A stretch of 64,000 bases of DNA. It comes from Balanoglossus misakiensis. Lineage: Eukaryota; Animalia; Hemichordata. Location of the stretch: contig CM082593.2 of assembly GCA_040954595.2 (NCBI GenBank), positions 8,158,043 to 8,222,042 of the forward strand, written 5' to 3'. This document shows, piece by piece, positions 39,890-52,590 of the stretch (the stretch's first letter is position 1; every line of letters begins with the position of its first letter). Both the position numbers and the translations under genes were made by a program. The notes beneath the pieces were generated by a model, which was not told the origin of the DNA, searched no databases, and was given only the letters and a program-made list of their open reading frames with translations.

Positions 39890-42800
39890 ACTTGTAATAT
39901 AGATAAACGATATGGTCTATATAGACCCTACATGTTAGGCATCAAGGATGCATGCTTAGTCACTCTTTGGAATAGATAGAAGGGTCTAAATTTAGGAGGT
40001 AGAAAAATACAATCCAGGCTCATACAGAGTTACTTCAAGTGGTTGATGAAATGTTGGAAAGAAGATATACTAAGTGGGTTTTTTACTGTCTACTTGCTCT
40101 CACACTGTACCTTCATTCCTGGGTATTTATTTCATTACATTTGAACTGTGATAGACGGGATTGCTGTCTATTGACAAAGACTTTATCTGAGCAGACCTCG
40201 ACAAATGCAATTTGCATAGAACTGGTTCCTGGTCGGAGGAATGGATGTTAAGCTCACATTACTTGTCATATAGCCATATTTATGAGGCCATAGGTAAGAT
40301 TATAGCCACATTTAAGATCTCAATTGAGAAAAGTCACAAGATCAGGTGGTTTTTCCAGTTTTAGTCTCAATGTCGTTGAAATTTTATACAATGATGCAGA
40401 GAAGACGATGACTGTCTTTTTATATTCCATTGAACATGTAAAAGAGACAAATTACAGATCTTTGATGCGGTCAGTCTCATCAGATATCCACTTATGGCAG
40501 TGTTTCAAAGATCTGTCCGCCTGTACACCAGAAAAATTATCTCACCAGCCCCGTGGTTGGAAATTTGAACAATCCTAAATGCATCCATCTTTCTGGATAT
40601 TAGACATTTTCATTCTCGCCCCATCAGACTACGGATTTCTTTCGTTTCACTATCGAAATCCTTTTTGCGGGGAGCAGAGCGCTGCCGTAAAAGGGACGGC
40701 CGTGGTTTGCGACGATGGACATTTTTGATGGATGATTAATAAACTATAAACCCATTTTTGCATCAGATTCAGAGTAAACTATTTTGGGGCTCCCTTATCG
40801 AACTTCCTTTTTCAAAGCAATGATCACTCTCATTTGTTCAAATGACACAAGAGTTTGTCATAGGTTCTCATGATTCTCCCTCGATGCAGTTCTTGAAAAG
40901 TTAAAAAGTCAAAAATGTAAAAAGATTGGATAAACTCTTTTTACATGTACAAGTCTTTGTGAAACTACTCGATGGGGGGGGGGGATCTGCAGACGCCAAA
41001 ATCCATGCACACACAAATGCAGAAGATTCAGACTCAGATTCTGATGCTGAAAGTGTCCTTTCTGATTATTTTAATTCTGAAAATAAAGCGTGATGTTGCT
41101 TATCATCTAATTTATTCTGAGAAGATTTACTGTCTAACTTTCAGAGTACCGGTATGTGGTATGACCTCTGTGGTCAGACCTAACAAAATGTTCCCAAAAA
41201 ATTCAGCCAGGAAAACTTGCAATTTTCCTAAATTTACCAATCCTAACATGATTTTGACAAATTTCAAACAACTGTTGCCTATCGCATACAAATTTCTGGT
41301 AAATATGCTACAATTAACATATAAACATAATTTCTAACCTTTTTAGAAATATTTTTTTAAGATGTTCGTATGAAAATTGTGGATTTTATTTTTTTGAACA
41401 ATTTGTAATCATAATGTACTTCAATGATTGACGCTGGGAAGGAGGATAAGAGACAACATTCCCAGAGATATTCTTGGCCGATACCATCCAAATTCAGTCC
41501 ACAGAAAATGGAAATCTTCATGTTTATTGGAAATCACTGAATATCGCACAAAAGAAAGCGATCACTACGCAACCATGGCAACCAAGGTGCATGCTGTTTT
41601 TGCTGCAACCGAATCAGTGTTGTTGCTGCGCTGCTGATCACCTCCTTGGAAGACGTTTCGGCTAATGCTTTGTTGTCTTGACAATCTGCATTACAGTTGG
41701 CAGCTTTTCTTCATTGGTATCCACGCAACAAGCATGGACGACTGCGTTTAACGAAGGACGTACGACACAACACAATAGTTCTCAACAACTTCTAAAAGAG
41801 ATCAGTGTGCACTGAATACAAAAAACGAAGAATGAACAATTTCGTGGCGTAATTTTCCGACAAATCTGACGACTTGAATTCACTGGAGCACACAAAACAC
41901 AAACCGTCGGTAAAGAATACACCATTTATCTGGAATTACATATTTTAATAGAAATATTAAAGGTATATGGTCACTTATCCACATTAAGCCATGGTTAGTT
42001 GATATCTTGCCAGTAACAGATATCTGAATCATACTTTAGTCATAAATATTAACCTGTTAATAAAAATGTTGGAAATATTCAATTCTAAACACCGGTTAGG
42101 TAATAAACGGAGTATAGAGAGAGAGAAAAAATCAATGAAAGAGCTGGACGTGTCACTCAGGGCAAATTATCAATGTCCACTCTTTGAACCTGTAGGATCC
42201 TAATTCTATTTGGGTCCTGCAAATCAAGAGATTTAGACATAAGCTGCTAAGACTGCAGATCACAGACGGAGTAATAAAGAAAATTCAAATTCAAACTGTG
42301 ATAGCTTTCCTTTATATCAATTTGACTTTCGATAACACCAATATGCAATATACACAGCAAATGAGCATTCAGTATGCAACCAGTGTACCCTTTATGCAAA
42401 CCCATGATCCTCTTAATTTCCAGGCGGTTTCAATCTTTGCCCCGGAAAACTATTTTAATGAAATGTGGGAATTAGGACGCTTCATGGTGAAATCTTTTCT
42501 GATGTGACCTTTGACCTCTGAATAAAAGTCTGGCAATCAGACTGTTTCAAAAGTAGGACGCATCATTTGACATCAGAGAGGGGGGGTGAGCTAGAGAATT
42601 TTAAAGAAAAAAATGTTTCAACTAACCAGCAGTGTTACGGACCATAAACAGAGTGACACAAGATAATTTTCGCCTCTGTTTGAACCAGACATTTTGGGAT
42701 TAATTTGATTTGTGACTCAAGCATTTCAAAGCTAAATATTTCTTTGCATCAGCAATTTCAAAAACAGAATGGCATCACAACGATAATAGCATTTTTTCAT

Positions 42801-43014
42801 AAATACACATTTCTAAGAGATGCTCCCCAAATATCAAAAGGTTTAGCACTTGAAAAAAACATCTAGACTGATACTTCCATTTAATTTACAGAAAATATGC
42901 CTGCGCACACGAGTGACTGATGATCAGCCTCTGGCCTTCATCTTTTAAGCTTTCTGCATTTAATTCTAATCATTCTGAAGTAGTTCTGGCCTGGTGTCTT
43001 CTGTATATAGTATC

Positions 43015-43225
43015 TACTGTAAAACAGGTTATTTTTGCGAGCAATAAATTTTCAACAAATATGCGAGAGCAAAACAAACGTGAAAATAAAACGTCGTAAA
43101 ATGTTTTCTCGGGGATAACGATGCAGTTAGTGAAATACGAGAACGCAAAATTAATCCTCGCGAAACAGTTGCCTCTTTTGAAATCATGAAAATTTCCTGT
43201 CACGAAAATAACCCGCTTTACAGTA
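43015..43225 (+). mobile_element. Family D TA-flanked MITE
   Basis: ta-ctgtaaaacagg ... aacccgctttacag-ta. Confidence 0.88.
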
Positions 43226-43978
43226 TTACTCCAATACAGCATACAAACTTTCATTCTTTTGATGGGTGAAATCAATTGCCAACCAATGGCTATAATTGAC
43301 CAAATGTTTGGATGGCTTTAAAGAAAATCTCATACAGCAGACAGATTTGATGGTTTTGATAGAGACATTACCCATGGGGCATATTTGACACTGTGGTAAA
43401 TGAGTTGTCGCCATATTTGATAGAGTTCGTTAAGGAAATTGTTACCACTGGACATAATTGAAACGTTTGATGGATTTTTTATAAAAATGTTCCTCAACAC
43501 AATTAGGTATAAATTTATGTAATATTGCAAATAACAGGAAAACGAGTATAAATGGCAGGTTTCTCGTTGTAAATACTGCTGTTTCCCAACACAGACTGTT
43601 TTGAATTTTAAAACAATCCAATTTTCTCTTTCAGTTGATAAAGAATATATATTAACCACAAACAGTGTTATTGCTGATTGTGTTAATCATGACCACAATA
43701 TCATTGTCTCGATTTATCTTCTTCCCGCTTCAGCTTGACTGCAATGACAGCCTAAGTTCTAAACATTCACGGCTAAATCGTGGACTCCGATCATTTCACT
43801 TGTTATACTGATTTATCTTCTACAGATTCAATTTTATTTCTCTTTCGTAAAGCCTTTAATACTGAATCAATTTAATGAGAGACAGCGATACAACCAATAG
43901 AGTTGGGAGTCAAGCAGTCATCAGTATTTGACCAGAGCAACTGTGTGGGGTGACTGTGTCCAGAGTAATGGCTTTTAC

Positions 43979-44181
43979 CAATCTGATTAAAATCAGATGT
44001 AGGGTACGGCGACATCTTTTACTTACGCGGTACGGTATTCTCATGCTGTCTCCTCACACTACATCTGACCAACTACCATAGAAGCTCCAGTTGAAATCTC
44101 GGGCTTTACTGGGCCATAAGAATACCGTACCGCGTAAGTAAAAGACGTCGCCGTACCCTATGTCTGATTTTTGTCAGATTG
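43979..44181. mobile_element. Hairpin MITE related to 11451-11554
   Basis: Same terminal caatctgattaaaatcagatgtaggg; ~60-bp TIR; flanks tggcttttac / tggctttac. Confidence 0.82.
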
Positions 44182-45167
44182 TGGCTTTACACACTGATCA
44201 AGACAACCCACCACCACCAAAGATATTTAACCATTCCAAGAGAGGTATCGTAACATGACAAGACTGTACCAGTCCTGGCAGATCCAGGATGTCAATAAAT
44301 TACTATTCACTGCTTACATTTTCAAATTACTCTATAATTTCACTTAAAGAGAGGGCAAAGGTGCTTCATTGAACACAGCAGGAAATGGTAAAGTTCTTAT
44401 TGTGCCTATTTGGCAGGCGTTTTACAGTTTAACCTGAACACAATGTTTGTAAAATGCTGTCATGACATGTTTCTTAACTTCTTAAAAACCTTAGCTAACA
44501 GTTTAATTTACAATAAATGTGCAGGCTCTATACATCTAGATCTAATAAAATATGAATTCAACTATGAAACTTTCATTCATCTTGGCATCTTTAATAATTA
44601 AGAACGAATGTAACATATCAAGGTAGTAAAATATTAAATTCCATGAAATATTCTGTAACAATTTTGTACCACAAGATTCTTTCAAAACTTGCCATCACAC
44701 TACTAATAAATATAATATGTGGCTTGGGCATTGTCAGCTCAAATTCAGAATGATATTTGAGATATTGCAAGCAAATGGTTATTAAATAGTAGACATGAAA
44801 GAAGGGATTATCCAAGCCAGACCATTTGACATTTGTATCAGTGTACGGCTTAAAGATGTTGACGATCTTCAATATTCTGAATCTGCTCTAAATTCTCGTG
44901 ACCTCAACCTGGTCGTACCAATTCCACACAGGATATTTAAACTGTCGAAGTTTTCACATAAACAAGCTAGCTTGTACATGTGACCGTTGGGAGAGTTGTC
45001 TACACCTGTGCCCATGGGGTTGCCCATGTACACTGCAAGTGTTTGGTGTTTAATATAGGTGCTTGGTTGACAGATGTCATTTTGTCAAATAGTTTAAACT
45101 CACTTAGGTCCCTTTTGGTAGATATTTGTAATTTAACAAATATAGAGGTGCCTTGAACTAACAAATA

Positions 45168-45380
45168 TACTGTAAAACGGGTTATTTTCGCGACAGAAAA
45201 TTTTCGCGATATCAAAAGCGGCAACTGTTTACGCGAGGATTAATTTTCACGTTCTTGTATTTCACTGCATTGTTAAATGCATGTGTATCTAAAAAAACCA
45301 TTTTTATGCAACTTTTTATTTTTGCATTTTGTTGGGTCTCGTGTATTTCGTGAAAATTTATTGCTCGCGAAAAGAACCTA
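45168..45380 (-). mobile_element. Family D MITE, inverted, one end degraded
   Basis: ta-ctgtaaaacgggttattttcgcgac; internal sequence is the reverse complement of 37971-38182. Confidence 0.8.
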
Positions 45381-47743
45381 AATTCACTTTCTAAAGATGG
45401 AATACTTGGCATTTTAGAGCACTGTTGTTAAATGAACTGGGACATACAAATATCTTTGAACGATTTGTACAGTAAATTTTGTAATGGCATACACCACCAG
45501 AAGGAAAACAAGTTTTAATCAAACAAGTCAGTGACTGCTATCATTAGCCTAGGTACTAGGCTAGCTACATGTATCATTGGATGGAAGCAGCATTGGGTAA
45601 AATCATAAGTCAAGGATAAAATGTTACTAGGGAAGACAATATTTGGTAAACAAACTGCTCTACAAAAGGACAAGACAATGATCACACCAGCTGTTGAAGT
45701 TTAAACCCCAGTAAGGAGATTATGGTACAAATTATTCCACAATGAAATTAATAAATGTCAAGGCTAAGAACAAAAGAAACAACATGACTTCTGGTGGAGA
45801 AATATTGAGTCAACTAAATTGGCCTGCTTACTCTAATTGTGGATTATTCTCAAAAAATTACAGTCCTTTGACTCAATTATAGTAACAATATGGTGATATA
45901 CAGTCTAAATCAATTCAGCTTTCTCAAATTACAATTTCCAAGCGTTATAATGTGACCCGTCATTGTCTAAACTGAACAGTTCATGACTTCAGAATCCAAC
46001 TTCCCTTTATCAACTTATAACGCTACATATCCTATGTCACATAGGAAAATGCAGACCAATCACAGGCAACAATTATGAACTGAAGTCATGTTTTAATGTA
46101 AATATCTTCCAATATCAGATTTCTACCAGTGTGGAAAGGTAATGGTGAATTTACCTGTTATTTTTTGACAAATTTAGTCAGCTGTGTATTTTTCTAAGTG
46201 TAAAAAGATTTACCACGTTCACATCAGTTGACGCGACATAAGATGAGTGTTATTTGGGGATTAAATTTGGGCCACGTCCCCACTTACTGGTACCCGAATT
46301 TGGACCGGTGCAACCCCAATATATGGTACATGGTATCATAATCTGATTTTTTATTACTTTATAGCAGGCTGCATGTTGCCAATGTGTCACTAGCATCATA
46401 GTGTTCATTCCTATCACCCAGTTTCTTTCCCAAGTCTGTTATCCTCGAATTTCAGATGTGATATGATTGAAATAGTGTGATCAAGGCAAGGGTAAAATAG
46501 ACATTCCCATGACTATAATTAAACCAATTCTCCCTACCTTAAATAGGGTTTTGCTACCTAGGTGAGTGATAAAAATCTCACATGGTCGACACAATTTCAA
46601 TGGCCGATATTTGCCATGTTTAAGAAATATGAGTTCACAAGCCAAAGTGATATTCAGTCATGCTGATACTTTATAACAGAATTTTTTTTTTAAATGTGAA
46701 AAAAGTTGATTGACTTTAATATGTCAACTACAAAGGCAGAAATGTTTGACCAAAGGAAGTCATGAAATACAGTAAACATTATAATTTCTTCTATCTCTTA
46801 CTACAGTGAGTTGTCGACTTTTCACCCAGAATACAATTATTATGATTTGACCCCCTAGCACAAAGTAAAAGCAGCCAGAATTGAAGTACACATACACCCA
46901 TTGATAGACCAATCCAGATAAAACAAGTTTGTCTGACAGAACATCTAACTCTTTACAATCCAATCTGATCACAGCAAATCAAAACTAACGGATTTGTCTA
47001 ATTTTGGAGAAAATTTGCACAGAACATCCAAATATGCACCAATCTTAGCTACAGTATTAATCAAGTCAGTAGTTTCTGTCGAATACATCAATGTATGGTG
47101 TCTTGCATTACCAGAGAATTATGTATGTCGCTATTTATCAGATTACAAGTCCAGAGCTTAGATTTCACATCAACCAGCTTTTTTAGACACATTTAAAAAT
47201 GACTGATTGATCGAAGTATACAAAGAAAATACATCATTGCCTTGAATGAGCTTAGAGAGATTGGAAAACAAGTCTGCTAATTCCCCTTCATCAAGATATA
47301 TTAATTTTATTACAACCTTGGCAGTTAGTAAAACATTTGATAAGAAAACCTGTTCACAGATTAACACGACCATTTGAGTTCAGTCAGTCATCAATATTTC
47401 ACTCCTGGTGGCAAAGTTATCTGCCCCAGTAATACTGACCTTCTCACCTCTAATTTCTGATTAATATTCATAACAATATACATGTATTCGTTTCTTGATT
47501 TTCAATACTACGTTATGAGGATGGTGTCTTGACCCCCAACATTTCATTAACACATCTCATAAAATCTAATGAATAAATAATTCAATTAGAACACACTTTC
47601 TAAGCTGTATTTTGTACAACACCCAGAAAATCTGACCAAAGAAGCTTTCATGAAATGCATGTTAAAGAATGCCAACAGTATGTCCTGGTGTAACTATTTA
47701 AAGCCCCATTAGATGTAACTTATGCTATGTTTTCAGTATTTTT

Positions 47744-50700
47744 AGGGCCCAAGCCCAGCAGGCTTGGGCCCTATTGGTATTACTGGGTTTTTTAGGGCAC
47801 AAGCCAAGCAGGCTTGTGCCCTATTGGTATTACTGGGGTTTTTCATCTTTTTTTTTTTCTTGTGTAGTTTTTTTGCTCAGGTAGATCTTGAAAACGGCTG
47901 AACCTACAAATCTCAAACTTGGCACAATGGTGCAGGTCTATGAGAGCTCGTGCAGTACCCTCGTGAATGTGTAATTAGTCACATGACCTGATGACCATAT
48001 ATGGGCAAAGTTTTCAAATGGGCCTAATTTGCATATGAATGATGATATCAAAATTCTGTGCAATCATTTTGCGGACCATATGGTCAGTGTCCTACATGCT
48101 AAATTTCAAGGCTCTGGGCCAAGTCAATTTTGAGAAGAAGATTTTTAAATATTATATTTCATATTTTTTGGACCCAGCCATAGGCCTATACTTTCTATAG
48201 TTAAGCTATGATGCTATGTCCACATCTGTGCAATGGTCCTGTACTGTGACTCTCTATTGGCCCGTGAGCAGAATGGGACCAAAATAAAAGGCAAAATTTT
48301 GGGCTCACCTGTAACACCTGCTTAACTCATTAATTATGTGCATACCTAATTCTGGGCTAACTAATAGGGCTAGAGGTTTTGTGCTTGTGGGACATGGACC
48401 AGTAAAGGGTAAAAAAAAATTGCCCAAATTTTGGGTGACCTCAGGTGACCTTTGACCTACTTTCCTATATCTCGGCATCCAGAGCAGGTACAGACTTGGC
48501 GTTTGGAGGGTTGGGACTAAAATTTAAAAGCCAAAATTGAGGGTCACCTGTGACACCTGCTTATCTCATTAATTATGTGCATACCTAATTCCAGGCCAAC
48601 CAATAGGACTAGAGGTTTGGTTTTTGCTGAACATGAACCAGTATGGGGTCAAAATTTCTTGCCCAAATTTTGGGTGACCTCGGGTGACCTTTGACCTACT
48701 TTACCATATCTCGGCATGCACAGCAGCTACAGCCTTGGCATTTGGAGGGATGGAACTCCTGATGGAGCCTTACACTTTACCTCATTAATTATGCACATAC
48801 ATAATTGTAGGCGAACCAATAGGCTAGAGATTTTGTTCTTGTGGGACACGGACCAGTATGGGGTCAAAATTTCTTGCCCAAATTTTGGGTGACCACTTAT
48901 GACCTTTGACCTTCGGCTTAAGCTTGGGCCCGTCATCGCTGCTTGCAGCTATCATCTTTTTTTTTTTTTTCTTGTGTAGTTTTTTTGCTCAGGTAGATCT
49001 TGAAAACGGCTGAACCTACAAATCTCAAACTTGGCACAATGGTGCAGGTCTATGAGAGCTCGTGCAGTACCCTCGTGAATGTGTAATTAGTCACATGACC
49101 TGATGACCATATATGGGCAAAGTTTTCAAATGGGCCTAATTTGCATATGAATGATGATATCAAAATTCTGTGCAATCATTTTGCGGACCATATGGTCAGT
49201 GTCCTACATGCTAAATTTCAAGGCTCTGGGCAAAGTCAATTTTGAGAAGAAGATTTTTAAATATTATATTTCATATTTTTTGGACCCAGCCATAGGCCTA
49301 TACTTTCTATAGTTAAGCTATGATGCTATGTCCACATCTGTGCAATGGTCCTGTACTGTGACTCTCTATTGGCCCGTGAGCAGAATGGGACCAAAATAAA
49401 AGGCAAAATTTTGGGCTCACCTGTAACACCTGCTTAACTCATTAATTATGTGCATACCTAATTCTGGGCTAACTAATAGGGCTAGAGGTTTTGTGCTTGT
49501 GGGACATGGACCAGTAAAGGGTAAAAAAAAATTGCCCAAATTTTGGGTGACCTCAGGTGACCTTTGACCTACTTTCCTATATCTCGGCATCCAGAGCAGG
49601 TACAGACTTGGCGTTTGGAGGGTTGGGACTAAAATTTAAAAGCCAAAATTGAGGGTCACCTGTGACACCTGCTTATCTCATTAATTATGTGCATACCTAA
49701 TTCCAGGCCAACCAATAGGACTAGAGGTTTGGTTTTTGCTGAACATGAACCAGTATGGGGTCAAAATTTCTTGCCCAAATTTTGGGTGACCTCGGGTGAC
49801 CTTTGACCTACTTTACCATATCTCGGCATGCACAGCAGCTACAGCCTTGGCATTTGGAGGGATGGAACTCCTGATGGAGCCTTACACTTTACCTCATTAA
49901 TTATGCACATACATAATTGTAGGCGAACCAATAGGCTAGAGATTTTGTTCTTGTGGGACACGGACCAGTATGGGGTCAAAATTTCTTGCCCAAATTTTGG
50001 GTGACCACTTATGACCTTTGACCTTCGGCTTAAGCTTGGGCCCGTCATCGCTGCTTGCAGCTATCATCTTTTTTTTTTTTTTCTTGTGTAGTTTTTTTGC
50101 TCAGGTAGATCTTGAAAACGGCTGAACCTACAAATCTCAAACTTGGCACAATGGTGCAGGTCTATGAGAGCTCGTGCAGTACCCTCGTGAATGTGTAATT
50201 AGTCACATGACCTGATGACCATATATGGGCAAAGTTTTCAAATGGGCCTAATTTGCATATGAATGATGATATCAAAATTCTGTGCAATCATTTTGCGGAC
50301 CATATGGTCAGTGTCCTACATGCTAAATTTCAAGGCTCTGGGCAAAGTCAATTTTGAGAAGAAGATTTTTAAATATTATATTTCATATTTTTTGGACCCA
50401 GCCATAGGCCTATACTTTCTATAGTTAAGCTATGATGCTATGTCCACATCTGTGCAATGGTCCTGTACTGTGACTCTCTATTGGCCCGTGAGCAGAATGG
50501 GACCAAAATAAAAGGCAAAATTTTGGGCTCACCTGTAACACCTGCTTAACTCATTAATTATGTGCATACCTAATTCTGGGCTAACTAATAGGGCTAGAGG
50601 TTTTGTGCTTGTGGGACATGGACCAGTAAAGGGTAAAAAAAAATTGCCCAAATTTTTGGTGACCTCAGGTGACCTTTGACCTACTTTCCTATATCTCGGC

Positions 50701-52590
50701 ATCCAGAGCAGGTACAGACTTGGCGTTTGGAGGGTTGGGACTAAAATTTAAAAGCCAAAATTGAGGGTCACCTGTGACACCTGCTTACCTCATTAATTAT
50801 GTGCATACCTAATTCCAGGCCAACCAATAGGACTAGAGGTTTGGTTATTGCTGAACATGAACCAGTATGGGGTCAAAATTTCTTGCCCAAATTTTGGGTG
50901 ACCTCAGGTGACCTTTGACCTACTTTACCATATCTCGGCATGCACAGCAGCTACAGCCTTGGCATTTGGAGGGATGGAACTCCTAATGGAGCCTTATACT
51001 TTACCTCATTAATTATGTGCATATATAAATCTAGGCGAACCAATAGGGCTACAGGTCTGGTTTTTGTTGGACCTGGACTAGTATGGGGTCAAAATTTTTT
51101 GCCCAAATTTTGGGTACCACATATGACCTTTGACCTTCGGCTTAAGCTTGTGCCCGTCATCGCTGCTTGCAGCTATATTTCTTCTACTTCTTCTTCTTCT
51201 TCTTCTTGTGTCGTTTTTTTGTCCAGCTAGATCTTGAAAACGGCTGACCCTACAAATCTCACATTTGGCACAATGGTGCAGGCCTATGAGAGCTGGTGCA
51301 GTACCCTTGTGAATGTGTAATTAGTCATGTGACCTGATGACCATATATGGGCAAAATTTTCAATTTGGCCTAATTTGCATATGAATGGAGATATCAAAAT
51401 TCTGTTCAGATGCTTTGTGGACCATATGGCCAGGGTTCTACATGCCAAATGTCAAGGCCATAAGCCATGTCAATTTTGAGAAGAAGATTTTTAAGTATTA
51501 TTTTCCATATTTTTCGCCCAAGCCATGGGCCTATACTTTACATAGTTAAGCTATGACCACAGATTATTTTGGATAAATATACATACATATCTCAAAATCT
51601 GTTTGACCGATCAATTCCAAAGTTGCTGTGCAGCTAGCCTAGCATTTGTTAATCATTTTAAGCGAAAAAAAATAACATGAAAAATCAACCGATTTTTTTA
51701 TATTAATTTTTTTATTAAATTTACAACCTTTACTTATACCTCCATAGTAAAGCTATGTCCACGTCTTATTGTGGAATTCTGGTCTGTGCAATGGTCCTGT
51801 AAAGTGACTGTCTATTGGCCAGTAAGCAGAATGGGACCAAAATAAAAGGCAAAATTTTGGGCTCACCTGTGACACTTGCATATCTCATTAATTATGTGCA
51901 TACCTAATTCCAGGCTAACCAATAGGGCTATAGGTTTGGTTTTTGATGAACATGGACCAGTATAGGGTCAAAATTTCTTGCCCAAATTTTGCATGACCTC
52001 AGGTGACCTTTGACCTAATTTACCAGATCTTGGCATCCAGAGCAGGTACAGACTTGGCGTTTGGAGGGTTGGGACTAAAATTGAAAAGCCAAAATTGGGG
52101 GTCACCTGTGACACCTGCCTACCTCATTAATTATGTGCATACCTAATTCCAGGCTAACCAATAGGGCTATAGGTTTGGTTTTTGTTGAAGATGGACCAGT
52201 ATAGGGTCAAAATTTCTTGCCCAAATTTTGCATGACCTCAGGTGACCTTTGACCTACTTTACCATATCTTGGCATCCAGAGCAGGTACAAACTTGGCGTT
52301 TGGAGGGTTAGGACTGAAAGTGAAAAGCCAAAATTGGGGGTCACCTGTGACACCTGCATATCTCATTAATTATGTGCATACCTAATTCCAGGCTAACCAA
52401 TAGGGCTATAGGTTTGGTTTTTGTTGAACATGGACCAGTATAAAGTAAAAATTTCTTGCCCAAATATAACATGACCTCAGTTGACCTTTGACCTACTTTA
52501 CCATATCTTGGCATCAAGAGCAGATATGCTTATTGCTATGTTGCTATGTGCATGTTGGCTTGGGCCCGCTATTGCTGCTTGCAGCTATAT
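47744..52590 (+). mobile_element. Nested/tandem non-autonomous Helentron (HINE/DINE-1-like) array
   Basis: 5' subTIR hairpin AGGGCCCAAGCC-cagca-GGCTTGGGCCCT; (CTT)n or poly-T tract after the head; 3' subTIR GCTTGGGCCC plus stem-loop GCTGC-TT-GCAGC; inserted in a T-run with no distinct TSD; ~240-bp internal subrepeats. Confidence 0.82.
47844..51177 (+). repeat. Three tandem ~1110-bp units (starts 47844, 48953, 50065)
   Basis: Units 1 and 2 nearly identical (identical spurious ORFs offset by 1112); unit 3 diverges mainly in its last ~200 bp. Confidence 0.95.

Noticed and set aside
48727-50048. Two identical 69-aa ORFs
   Set aside because: By-product of the 1112-bp tandem repeat; no recognisable domain.
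51850-52520. Regular ~240-bp repeats as a CRISPR-like array
   Set aside because: Whole units repeat without unique spacers; eukaryotic intron; no cas genes.
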